A stretch of 63,991 nucleotides of DNA, filler included, from Sphacelaria rigidula (Eukaryota), in the NCBI GenBank assembly GCA_964200075.2. It is 3 parts of 3 records of this genome, joined end to end, with 100 filler letters (N's around TTAATTAATTAA, not from the genome) between each part and the next. Parts side by side here need not be neighbours in the genome. Positions count along the whole stretch, not along the records: positions 42,803 to 63,991 come from CAXNAA020000455.1; 2 more parts are not named here. The stretch is one strand, 5' to 3'. The position numbers and the translations under genes are program-made. Below, piece by piece: positions 52,180-63,991 of the stretch (its first letter is position 1; each line of letters starts with the position of its first letter). The notes below the pieces were generated by a model, which saw only the letters and a list, made by a program, of their open reading frames with translations, did no database searches and was not told the origin of the DNA.

Positions 52180-52828
52180 GCCGATCGCCCTGATGGATCA
52201 GTTGAGAACCTCGAAACCTTCTGACGTGGGGTCGAACCTCGATGAATCCACACGATCTCGAATTTCCGTCTGATCATGCCCAAAGGCGAAGAGCGACTAT
52301 ATCGTGTGTACACAAAGGTTTCAAGCCTGTGTTGGGTAGGGTAAATACCCGGATATTTACTGTCCCGATTTTTTTGTGTTGCGATCGTCCCGTCTTCAAA
52401 CTCCACCAAAATATGGGTAAAGTTAGGTAAATCCCGTTACTCTACCCACTTACCGGGCATTCTTGAATACGATGTCAATGCTCTTCCCAAATTCCGGGTG
52501 CTCGAGTACGATCTCGGAATACCAAAATATAAAAAATACCCTACCCAACACAGCCTTGAAAGATTTGACTTTACGGTCGGCAAGAAAAGGAGACCACCGA
52601 ACCCTTCTCGCGATGAAAGCTAAGGCAAGCACGCACAAGGGCGATGAATACCAAAAATTCAAAGTATCATAACTTCTGAGTGTGACCTTTACACGTAGTC
52701 CGAAAGGTGCATTTTGGCATCCAGTATTCTCGGGAAGTTGGTCTGTGACCACGGAAGGCGTCCGCATCAGAAACAACAACAACGAAGACAAAAACAATAA
52801 ATGGGAATGGAATGATAGCACACACACC
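52180..52828 (+). mobile_element. tRNA-derived SINE, copy 3 (diverged, interrupted by a MITE)
   Basis: Head at 52180-52316. The body resumes at 52559 (aaagatttgactttacggtc). A tail-like ggcgtcc...atgggaatgg...cacacac lies near 52757-52828. Confidence 0.65.
52322..52558. mobile_element. hAT-type MITE (22-bp TIR, 8-bp TSD with 1 mismatch)
   Basis: aaaggttt|caagcctgtgttgggtagggta ... taccctacccaacacagccttg|aaagattt. Confidence 0.8.
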
Positions 52829-53730
52829 GCAACACAAATCCGATCAACAGGGCCGTGCAGTGTTGTTCCTATTCAATATGATGGAGGCATTTTACCGCGC
52901 TCATAGTTCATCATCTGCTGCGTTCATTGGAGACGGTCATGCTCTAAGGCCTGAAACATGCTGAAAATAGAGAGGCAGACGTCCGTGGAAGAGACGCTTC
53001 ACAACATCACGGCAAGACAGCGGTGCAGAAGTCTGCACAGGCTGAGGCAGCCGGATGGGAAAGGATGTATAACACTGAAAAGGGAGGAAGCACTTAATGC
53101 ACAAAATGTATCCCGGCCGAGAAACGCAACACGAAGTTGACACTGTGTGGTACTAGTCGGCAGTACAACGAAATACTGTGGTACTAAATGTATGATGCGA
53201 ACCATGCCTGGGCAGGACTGGATCACCCGCGATCCATCCGTAAAATGTTGAAAATTGCAACTTGCACTCTGTCCTACCCTGGAACCAAATGCATTGTTAA
53301 AAAAACTCCGCACAAGGGCGATGAGAGGACTGTCGGGAAAAGGTCAAGGTATTGACGAGGGAGCGTCAGCTAAACGAATTCGCGCTTGATTCTGGTAAAG
53401 GATTGCCACAGCAACCGCTCTTGTCCTCGTGAGACCGTCGTGATACCCGGCCGCGTAAGTCTGGCACTGCCTGGCAGGAGACTCTACCCCCTCCCCGAAC
53501 AGCTCCAAAGCGGTCCGTGACGCAAGACGCTATTCTGTACAGCTCAGCTGTACGACCATGCCTTACTCGACTCGGCGTGCGAAAGTCTATGCCATCTCCC
53601 TTTACGATATGGAAAGCCTGAACTGGTGATTATTTCCCATCTTGGTGCCAGCATCGACGGACAGGGGGGCGACGTGAACAACAATGCCAGCAAGATCTGC
53701 CGCTGCCTACGTGCGGATTTCAAATCGTTT

Positions 53731-54107
53731 AACCGGTCGCGCCGGTGGCTCAGTTGGTTACCTCAGAACCTTCCGACGGTTGGGTCGTGGGTTCGAATCT
53801 CGGAGCGATCTGGGATTTTATGTCACTCAATGCCCAAGAGTTGAGAGCGACTATGTCGTGGGTACACGAAATTCGCTTTGATGGTCGACGAGGGAGAGGG
53901 ACTGCTGAACCCCTCTCGCGATAAAAAAAAAAAGGCAAGCACCGCAGAAGGAAAGTGGAGAATTAAAACAAACAAAAAAGAAAAAAAACTCCTGCGTCAG
54001 CCTTCCTCCTGTGTGACCCCGGCTGGTGTGCCCACATATACCGAAGGGTGTAGACCGGCGCCATAATAGATGGGACGGCAACACACACACACGCACACAC
54101 ACATACA
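53731..54107 (+). mobile_element. tRNA-derived SINE, copy 4
   Basis: A-box TGGCTCAGTTGG, B-box GGTTCGAATCT, (CA)n tail. Confidence 0.8.
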
Positions 54108-56016
54108 CGGCAGCATCGTGCATAATCATCCTTTCAAGCCACGCAGCGCACAAAATGCTTTGATTCGCCGAAACTGCTGCGTCAACGCCTACCTGCGGCC
54201 TCAAGCCAGACATAAGTCAAGTTTCAGCATCATCAGACGCCAGGTGTGCTGTGTTAGGGCGCATAATCTCCAAAAATACCGCCTCCATATTATTGAAAAG
54301 GAACAACACTGCGTGGGAACAGATTGGGGCTCAGCTATTTCGAAACTAATATGTGGGCATGAGCTCTCACCCATGAACCCTAAGGAAGCAAGGCGCCAAA
54401 CTACTACTGTATACTGAATAAAACAGTAACAGAATAGAAATTCCTGGTCGGATTACACTTGCATGGCTTCGAGGTCGCAGCCATGGCGACGCAGCCCAAT
54501 AAATGTTCCGAAAGTCGCGACGATGCCGTTTGCAGAAAAATCGTATATGCACCACCGCGCCTTGCACACACTCTTCAAGAACAGAACAGTTGGGTAGTGC
54601 TGGTCAACTAAAACGCGAGAAAATGTAGCATTTCTGATGTCCATCCTCCTCACCGGACTAGTTTCCTCCGTATCAGACATCGCCCCGCTCTCGTACAAGG
54701 CCCGAGACTTTCTGTGATGAGCGATTATACATTTGTCACTTGCCAACCCAGGCAGCAAGCGTTTGCACAGATATGTTTTACTGCCGACACCCACCCATAC
54801 ACATAGAGCCGGTTTTGACATCGAAGCAGCACACGTGAACTACGCACGGTATAGTACTGTATTGTTAGCATATTACAGCATCGTGGGTGGAACTGCAGAG
54901 CTTCGTTTGGGCTTCGAGGGTTGCACGTTGCATATTCCTGTCGTAGATTTGTTCATTAGTTCACATTATCAGGCTTCTGGCGTTTCTGAGAGTCATCGCC
55001 AGGGCAACAGATTTGCGGACGTGAGGTGAGTGGCATTACGTGACGGTGTATAACACCCCCTATCTCGGATTTTGAACTTGACAATCGAGAGGCAGTAACG
55101 TTCACTCCCGAAGCGGAGACAGATAAAGAGATAGGTAGACAGACAGACAGACAGCTAGACCGAGATTCTGTCGATTCTGAAAAATGACATTGCTCTTTTA
55201 GATGAAGACATGTTCGGTTAAGTGGTCACTGCATTTTTCGAGGAAATGGGATTGAAAGACTTGTGACAGAGAGGGCGTTATACTCCGTCCCTTCCCTCGT
55301 ACAGAGAGTAGCCCAGCACGGTACAGATACTCGTAGTACGGGGATGTATCGTTATGTGGTACACCGCAAGCATGCAGTGCATGACAATGCAACACTTGAG
55401 CAAATATTTAGTAGTTGTGACGAGATCAGCGTGTAATTCTCATGCAGCAATGATGGGCTGTGTTGGTGCTCACGGTATTGCTCCGCAGCTCAAGTCGGTC
55501 AACAAAAGCGCGACTGATACTGGAGTGGGAAGAGTTGGCGTCGTACTGGTCGTTATCCTGGTGTATCTTTATGCCTGTTCGGCGCCGGCCAGAGACATGG
55601 GTCCGCACATTCACATTTCAATTACCCACAAGAAGCATCACCTTTGTACTCAGGCACCTTACCGCGGGAGCATGATTTTGGGACATAGACTGCTCACACT
55701 CCACCGATATCATGATGGTCTTCTCTGTTTATCTGTTCTACCTCGCTGTTTTTTTTTTCTCACTTTTCTTCAGGAAGTGCTGTTACGAAGTACATTTTTA
55801 TTTTTTCTCGGGCTCGTCTGCCATGTAACCACGGCTGGATCCCTCAGGGACCAGTTAAGGTACGCAAGCCAATCAAATATATGGCCAATGATATCACGAA
55901 GACACAGTACAGTATAGCCACTCTCGATCCACGTGAGCACCAACCAAGTCTGCTCATGTTGTCTCAGACGTGACCGAATGGCTGCTGCAGCTATTGAGCG
56001 GCTTGAGGAGGCGTTC

Positions 56017-56099
56017 ATATTGTCTGTCCCTCGTCCAAAAATAAAATCCAACCATCCATCCTCAAACAATGTTAATTAATTAATTAATTAATTAATTAT
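56017..56099 (+). mobile_element. Extreme 3' fragment of the retroelement family at 1603-3350, with (TAAT)n tail
   Basis: atattgtctgtccctcgtccaaaaataaaatccaacca...aacaatgttaattaattaatt matches the reverse complement of 1603-1690. Confidence 0.65.
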
Positions 56100-56239
56100 T
56101 TTACTTATTTTATTATTTTTGTATATATTGTTATGACTGCCTTTTTATTTCAATATTATTTATCCTACGAGAGCACAGAATGGGGAGAGGGAGGTGGGAT
56201 AGTGCCGCAACAGAGAGATACGGCATCCCTCGACCAAAC

Positions 56240-56819
56240 AAAAAGCCGTCGAGTCAAGATCGAACGGGCTACAAGAATCTTTCCTACAAAGTTGTTCTCG
56301 AGATGACCAAATGCGAACGTATCGAGACTACTATCCGCAAGCGTCAACTCTTGTTCGCGGGAGCCCTTGTCCGGCTGGACGAAACACGCGGTTCCGAAAC
56401 GCATCATGCACGGACAGTTAGTCGCACAAGGGTCCGAAGGGGCTGGCCGCACCCCCGAACAATGGGGGGGCAACCAACCTTCAGAAAAACCTATGTGGAC
56501 TGGGGGCTCTTTTCCACGCAAAGGAGTGCGACGGAAGTGGTTCGTCTACGGTGTAGAGACTGACGACGCACACGATTGTGCCACCGCGGGGGGAAACATG
56601 GGGAAATGGCATCTTGGAGTGAAGAAGGGTGCGGAAGAGTTCAAGAGCACGTGGCGACGCGAACACAGACGAGAATCGGACCGCCGCCACAAACGAGAGG
56701 CTGCTACGTGGAGAACCGTCAATCAGAGAACTGCCCTCTCTAGCACAACAACAGCAAGAGCCCGCGAGGAATCCAAGATGGAAATGGCCGAGGGAATGAC
56801 CCGCTTTGTACCCGATTAG
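56240..56819 (+). mobile_element. 5'-truncated LINE (RTE-like) ORF2 C-terminal fragment, frameshifted
   Basis: LSYKVVLEMTKCERIETTIRKRQLLFAGALVRLD..(fs)..PKRIMHGQL...GRTPEQW matches the post-RT region of RTE-clade LINEs (I...IR.RRL.W.GHV.RM...R.PK..L.G.L). Confidence 0.8.
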
Positions 56820-58062
56820 GGATTGATGAAAAAACGAGCTAGCACGGGAACCATCGTACCCCTTTCTTCTCCTGTCGGCTGTTGATTTTTTATCCTTGGT
56901 CGGTGGTTCTGCGGTGCTCCCTGGTGTGTATTCGTAGGCAAATCGAAGATGTACCGGGACAGAGTATGCTCAATTAAATTAGCGGGCGAAGCCCACATCA
57001 CGAGCCAAACCTCCCACACACAGATTACGGTAACCCAAAGTGAATTTACAGAAGCGCGACTCCCTTATGTGTGGGAGCTTCCACTGTCTGTTGTGTTGTG
57101 GTTTGTTCACGCATTGCGAAGACCGTTTGGATTGCATGGGCTGCGATATTGTCGTTGNNNNNNNNNNGTGTTCGTCTCTCCAGAAAACAATGGTAGTCGG
57201 CACGCAGTGCTAGCTGCACACTGTTGAAAGCTTCATGGGTGAGTTGACTCTTTCGTCTTCGGTAAGACGAACAACGCGCTGTCCGTTGCTGCGACACCCC
57301 TGCTGGTTCCGTGCGTTGGGCGCCTGTACTGTACCGTACTGTTGTACTGTGTTCGGTGTACAATACTGTATTTTCTATGATACCGTATTTGTCTGAAAAG
57401 CGCTACGAGTTAGACCGCACAACAGTTGGTTTTAGACTACTCCCCTGGCGATTCCCAAGCGAAATGGAGCATTATGATTGGTGAGTTACCGAGCGATCTG
57501 TCCCGCTCCAAATGCAGTGTGCCTATTTGTACCTGCTGTACTGTGCTGTCCCTTGAGTTTCACCACTTACCTAGTCTCTTTCTCTGTTCTCTCTTTTTCC
57601 CCTGATCTCTCGCTATGTGTGTATTCTTTCCTCCCAGTGTATGCAAGTAGCAGTTTAGTGCCTCGCTTCCGTAGGGTTTATGTAGGACGGCTTCATATCC
57701 AGACAGTATCGCCAAGATAGTGTTTTTTACGATTGAGTAGGAGTGTGGCTTTGTCGCAAGATCTTTTCCACCGAACCCATGTTGCTGAGGCCAGCCATCT
57801 GTACGAGTAGCCTTCCTGTTTTCTCTCTGTTTTGTTCGCAAGTTAATTACATTGCCACCGCGCCCCGGTGGTATGTAGCAATCGCGCAACGGATACGGTC
57901 ATATTGTGATTTTGCCCGCATGTCGCATCGTCTCAATGGTACTTCTTTTTTGCTGTCGCCCGACTGCTGTTGTAGCTGCTGCTGCTACTCTGTCGTACAT
58001 GCGATTTTTCTCATCGTGAGGCGCTGAGAACACAGGCTTCTACTTTTCAGATTTTAATCGGC

Positions 58063-58356
58063 AACCGGTCGCCCTGGTGGCTCAGTTGGTAAGCTCGAAA
58101 CCTTATGGCGGTTGGGTCGTGGGTTCGAACCTCAGTGTAGTCGCACGATCTGGAATTTTATCTCACACCATGTCCAACAGTGGAGGGCGATTGTATGTCA
58201 TGGGTAGACAAAATTCGACTTCACGGTCGACGACGCAAAGCGACCGCTGAAACGCTCTCTCGATATATAATGCGGCAAGTACCACAGAATGCAGGTAGAG
58301 AACGAACACAAATAAAAATATAAGGACTCCTGTGTTAGCCTTCCTCCTGTGCGACA
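58063..58356 (+). mobile_element. tRNA-derived SINE, copy 5 (3'-truncated)
   Basis: aaccggtcgccctggtggctcagttggtaa...gggttcgaacctcag...ccttcctcctgtgcgac. Confidence 0.8.
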
Positions 58357-58967
58357 CGTAACGCATAGAACTATCACTGGTTCGCGCGGGTCTCACACAC
58401 AAATCATCGTTTCTCATTGACTTATGAACATATTTGTGCAAGGTCACGCATAGCTCAGCTCATGAGCAGTTCTGGACCAAGCTGTGTGTTTGTGGATTGC
58501 GGGGGCAGTGATTCCCCGCGTTCGATCAAGCTGTGTGTTCTCGGTTTGCGGCGACAACGAGTTCCCTGCGTTCACCTCTGATTGTGCTGAGTTGTTTGTC
58601 ATGGGTCACGCCTTTGCATGAGTCTCTGTAAACGGGGCACCTATGTTCCTCTTCTGGCTAGAAACGAGGCGATTTTTGTTTTTCTATCGGCATCATTTTC
58701 ACTCAAAGTTAGTATCGGCATCATGTTTGGTTGAGAATCAGAGACTGTATGAAACAGCAACGTGCCGTCTTTCTCCACTGAACGCTCGGGGCGGGGTTGG
58801 CACGCCACGAGCGCGTTGTAATCTTGCATCCATATCGCATCCTCTCGACTTTATTTCACTTTTTTCCGTCTGTGGACCGCTGCTGTAGCTGCTGCTGCTG
58901 CTGCACAGTACATGGGATTCAATATTCGCGAGGCACTGAAAATAATGGTTTCTACTATTACTTTCAT

Positions 58968-59280
58968 CCTTCGACCGCTAGGGTAGGTCATCTGGGTCCC
59001 GCGGAAAATTTTCAAGTGCAAGTGATGCCGATTCAACAGATAATCTACCGTTGCGGTCGAATGGTCAAATCTGAGTCGCCACTATTCATTCCAAAATTGA
59101 ATCGACATCAACCTCAGTTGAAAAAAAATGCATGACCCAAATGACTTCCCTCGCGGTCTGCGGTCACAAGGTTGATCCCATAGACCGCGATGCGGGTAGT
59201 CCATCTGGACCATGCCCATTTTTCAAGTGAACTTGATGTCGATTCAACAGATGATGACCTACTCTCGCAGTCTAAGGCTT
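58968..59280. mobile_element. Cluster of short inverted-repeat elements (family B: gatgccgattcaacagatgacctactctcgcggtc)
   Basis: Related motifs at 23708-23860, 28000-28105, 41204-41245 and 59515-59710. Confidence 0.65.
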
Positions 59281-61188
59281 ATGGTGGTGATGATGCCGAG
59301 CCGAAGAAGCAGACGATGAAGAGGCCAGCAGAAACTACCATTCCCCGCTGCTCAGCTGATGAGCAACTACGGCTTAAGCTGTGTGTTTTTGGTTTGCGGG
59401 GCAGTCAATTCCTGAGGTTCACCTTTGATTGTGATAGGTTGTGTTGAACCTTCGTACGTACCCCCGTCATCCATTTTCCTCTTGGGGCTGAAAGCAAAGC
59501 AAAAGAGTCATTTGTGGAATCGGCATCGATTTCACGTGACTCTCGAACCGGCATCATGCCCATATGACAATTAGAAGACGCGACAAAAATCGTGCCGCCG
59601 CTCTCCATCAACCCTTTGACGGCGAGAAGAGTAGACCATCTGTTGAAACTGCATCAATTTCACTTTATCGAAGTATGGATAATCCGGATGGAGTACCCTC
59701 GCGGCCAAGGAATAGAATACCGTCCTCCTCTTGAGGCAGGGCGTGCACACCTGGAGTGTGTTTTGACCTTACACGCATGTCCTTTTGTCTCATTTGTACT
59801 TCTCTTTCCCCTCCGCTACTGCTGCCACTGCTGCTGCTGCTGCTACACGGTACACAACATGCTAATTCTGTTCATCATGACAAGCCGTATGCAGCGGTTC
59901 GTTGCTCTCACACCAGAGTATTATTTTCGCACATCAGCACCATCTCTCGGACCCGTGGTCACAGACGTAGGCCCGTCTTTCCGATACCGTTCTGTTATTC
60001 CTTACAAGTTCTCATCGTTTCTTCTGAGACTCGAGACAATAAAACAAAATAAAACGAACAAAATATCACCAACTAAAAGCAAGGAGAGAGACGCCAAGAA
60101 AATAGAAGAGAAGCAGCCTCCCCCGGATTCATCGAGGCGAGGTAAAAAGAAACCCTTAAGCGGGACTTCTATTTCGATTTTGAATCGGTATCTTCTCAAC
60201 GGATGCTGACCCTTCTTGTGTGTGGTGGACCCGCGTCTCACACAAGCAATCATTTCTCATCGAGTCCTGAAAAGGGTTGCGTCAGGCCTCGAACAACGTG
60301 CTCAGCCCTTACGCTGCTGCGGCTTTGCCAAACTGTGCCATGTACCATTACGCAACGCACATGAGCATCACCGGTGACCATGTATTTTGGCTGTCGATCC
60401 ATTGAGCGTGGCAGCGATAGCCGCCGAAAATCTTGTATTTACATGTATTTCGGCAACAGTCTGCGGCAAAAAACATGCGCAGGATACACTCACCATCCGT
60501 ATGCAGTATGATAAGTCTCCAAGGCCTGGGGCTTTCATAACACTGCATGAAGCTAGTGTGCATTCGGACGAGACCCTAAATACGAGCATAATTATCTCCT
60601 GTGTGAATATTTAAATTGGAGAGAGTACCTCACAGAAAACTGTTTCGCCAGTATCATGAGGTGAGCGTTCCCGAGGCACTCACACCTGGTACCGACAGAT
60701 TTTCGCGACCCTAGGTAACGGGTACCGTTCGGTAGCAAGAGCTCACGATGACAGATCCGCCATGCCTACGGGAAGCACTCTTTGTGTCTGCTCAGCACCC
60801 GACGCATGGCCAATCCTTGCCCTATATATAAAATAAAATAAATACACCCCGCTTCGGAGAACCCTCCGGCTATAGAACTACTGCATCGAGCTCCCATAGG
60901 AGGAATCGGAGGTCCGTCCTCGTCGTTTGCACGACGGAGCCGTACCGTAGAGTCCTAGCAAAGGCGTGCTTACATTTTGTTTTGTTCGGGTAGCCTCTGT
61001 GGCGGGCGCTCGGTCAATCACGTCAGCAGAAGGCGAGCAACCAAGCGGCTGTTGAGCGACACTTGACGTATGTGTTTGGGAGAGCGTGCCGAGGTATCCA
61101 AAAAACCGCAAGTTGGTTGGCGCTAAAATAATCAAAACATTGCAAGGGTCGGATGAATAATGTTTCGTCTGGAAATTTCTTGATTTTT

Positions 61189-61392
61189 GTATAATTGATT
61201 CGAATCGGACGAATTAATCCCTACGCTTTGTTTTCAGCGTTGCAACCCAGGTACAGGCAGCCCAGACACGTAGACTGGCGCAAGAGTTGCGTGGATACCC
61301 CTTGGACCAGCGGTCAACTTTTTTGTCCCTTTTGGGCAATCAGGCCGAAGAAATCGTGGATTTGGTCATTCGTAGTCGTGAAAATTCGTCCT
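61189..61392. repeat. Dispersed repeat, inverted homolog of 48705-48908
   Basis: Reverse-complement similarity over about 200 bp. Confidence 0.85.
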
Positions 61393-63919
61393 ATCCGTGA
61401 AACATTGTCGTGGTGTCCCTCTGGGTCTCGGGGAGTGAACTGACTTGGTGGAGTAGACTCGTGTGCGCTTCTAATCGACGTGTTTTGGTGTACAAGTCCT
61501 CTTGGGAAACCCCGGCCTCCTCCGACTTCCTCAGTTTTTCGGTAGGCCCGACTACCCTAGTACAGAGAGAGAGCAAAACCCAAGTAGCAACGGAGTAGAA
61601 AAGAGGGACCGCGCTCCCGCGACAGCCAAGTGGCGCAGTAATGCATGATGGAGGCTACCACTTCCGCATGCCCTCTTAAACCATGGCTGACAGCCGAGTG
61701 GTCGGTGGTAGATGCCGCCAGTACTCACCACCGTCACAAGAAATAGCGTTTGTAACACATGGATGCGATCGGCTCACCCCTCCGCTTCTTGATTGCCGGT
61801 GATTGCCTTTGGAGTACTGCCTCCCCATGACATGTCGCTTCTACCCTAACAATGTGCTAGCAGTCGCGACTATGTATCCGTGATGGAGCATATAGAGGAC
61901 GGTACGGTGTGGTGCTGTCTGTGGTGTGCTGTGGTGTACCGCACTGCTCCTATGCGACCGATACGGGATCTGACCCGTACTGACCGGTTGTCATTGTTTG
62001 ACTGCGCAGTTGATTCTGATGTCATTGGTTTGATGAAGGTAGCCCAGAACCCCCTCGGGGCTTTTTGTGGGATTTCGGTGATGTGATCCTGGGATGTTCG
62101 GCCGTGCCACCGTCACTGGCTGATGGTTACACCGGGATATTTGGGGTGTAGCACTGACGTCAGTTTGGTCAACGAAGTGCTGATATATCGGGCGATGAGC
62201 ACAACGACACACGGGCCGGTTGCCAACATGGCCATGGCGACCTACATACTGCTTACCGGTTGATACGGGAAGTTCTGAGCAGTTCCCAGTGTATCACCAG
62301 CGATGCCTGAAACGATAGAGCCTACAGTGTACATGTAAGTGCCGCATGGTGCTGATAATCACGGCTATAAAGTTTGCATCACTCACGGGTTTTTTCGTGA
62401 ATTGACAGCGGCGACGTCGTTTTAGGCTAGCTTCTTCGAAACGATCCCAACATCTGCAACACACGATGTGCGCATACTGCTTCCCCGTTTCGCTGTGAGG
62501 TCAAGTGTACACCGGAACGATGCCTCACGCCGGCACAAGAGTCAAGGCTGTAACCATCAATACAGCCATGAAACGCCTCCCTAACGGCCACTCATGAAAC
62601 CCGGGGGACCTAAATGTCCTGATAGTCCGCAATCCGAATCGTCATAGTGTTTCGAAGCAGTACTTTTACATGAGATTTGTGTCCGGATAGTCTGGTCCGT
62701 TCGTCCCCTTTCAAATTGAAGACGGGGTTTCTCTAAAACTGCGCCGCTATTTGTTCGGAGAGTACCACTGTCGGAAAGGTACCTTCGAATACTATTGGGG
62801 AGGCGGATGTCTCGCTTCCAGAAGGGATTCTTCTGTGATCGTCGGGGGTATTTTCTCCCTTCCTCAGCGTGCGCAAAGTGCTTGCAATGGTGGTAAACCG
62901 CACAGTGGCATGAGCCTGGCCTGATCTGCACATTATTTCCACTTGGGTGCTCGTGTTTTCGCTGAGTTTTGGGTTGTGCGTGGAAGCTGAAAACGCTGTG
63001 CATCATATCAGCTCATGCACATGTGCCAAAGAATGTACGGCACGCTCAAATTCCAGTCGGTTAAGGCATCTTGTAGCAGAGATGCTGTGTATCCGGCGCT
63101 ACATGGTGTAAGGTAGTACAGAAATGCCAGAGCTTCTGTCTGGTGTCAACCAATCTCGGGAAAATGCCAACACATTCCCTCTAACTAACTGTAGAATGAA
63201 GGCCGAACTACATCTTCAAAACCCAACCGGAGAGTAGTACATGCGGGGTACGCACAGCTAGACCCCAAATTTCCAATCTCGCCCAAAGGTATGTCATCCT
63301 GTGCGATCTCCCACCAAGATTTCCCTTGCTAGTAGGCAGCAATGGTTATGCTTATGAGATGCAAGTTTTCCCGCATGTGTACAGTATGCTGGCTCTTTAC
63401 ATCTTGTTATAGTGCCGTATTTTGTCTCCCCATCATTTCGCGACCCACTTGACGTTTTACGATTTTTTTTACAAATTCCGGCTTGGGGTTGACTAGTCTA
63501 TGATTTGAAATGTACTGGGAAAACTGTGCCGAATGCAAGCACCATCACATAGCAGCACCATTCAACGAGGATTTCTCCATATTATGGTATGCCGCAGATA
63601 CAGACTCGCTGCACGGGTGGTGTGGATTGTTTGTACGGACCAGCGGCGGTATGCTGGCGCGTTGCGTTACCAGCATCGCTCTTGCTCATCACACACCAAC
63701 ATCATGGAGAACACCTGCTCACAGACATGGGTCAATCAACGAGCCCCGATATTGCGGCGTCTGCTTTGTGAGTGCCGGTAACATGGGGAGGGCGAGGGCG
63801 TGGACGAGGACGGCTGCGGGAAGAGCTGAACCAACGGGGTTTAGGTGCAAACATGCCTCTTCATCGTGAGTGCAGCGTGTGACGTTTTCCAGGACGATAA
63901 GCGTTTGCTCGGTTGAGGA

Positions 63920-63991
63920 GAGGGGGGGGGTGTACTCATTTGTTGCTTGCCTTAGGCGTTCGACCATTGACCACGCATCCCTTTCGAGACG
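63920..63991 (-). repeat. Dispersed repeat family X (runs off the window)
   Basis: Reverse complement cgtctcgaaagggatgcgtggtcaatggtcgaacgcctaaggcaagcaac. Confidence 0.8.

Noticed and set aside
52937-53060. hAT dimerisation-domain relic (LLHRCLAVML*SVSSTDVCLSIFSM)
   Set aside because: The resemblance to the SS...ER.FS motif is too weak to support without an HMM search.
62000-63400. Decayed coding sequence on the minus strand
   Set aside because: No recognisable motif and no consistent splice pattern.

Overview
Eukaryotic, intron-rich and repeat-dense DNA. It most likely comes from a brown alga (Phaeophyceae); this is inferred from gene structure, the FNIP 'GVVWP' repeats and the repeat types, not from a marker gene. 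I assembled three spliced genes by hand. (1) Minus strand, 18222-9492: an 8-exon, ~1489-aa MAP kinase kinase (STE7/MAP2K family). It appears to carry an N-terminal SAM domain split over two exons, one of which is absent from the ORF track, and a ~177-aa insertion inside the kinase N-lobe. (2) Plus strand, 28607-36560: an unknown ~1093-aa protein whose last exon is interrupted by a 1516-bp TA-flanked TIR element. Precise removal of the element restores the reading frame, and its right TIR supplies an in-frame splice acceptor (possible intronization). (3) Minus strand, 48411-44515: a 2-exon FNIP-repeat protein. The rest is MITEs and foldback palindromes, five copies of a tRNA-derived SINE, LINE/LTR/hAT remnants, tandem duplications and microsatellites. 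There are four assembly gaps, two carrying an artificial TTAATTAATTAA linker. All gene models rest on splice-site and frame logic, with no expression data or database searches.
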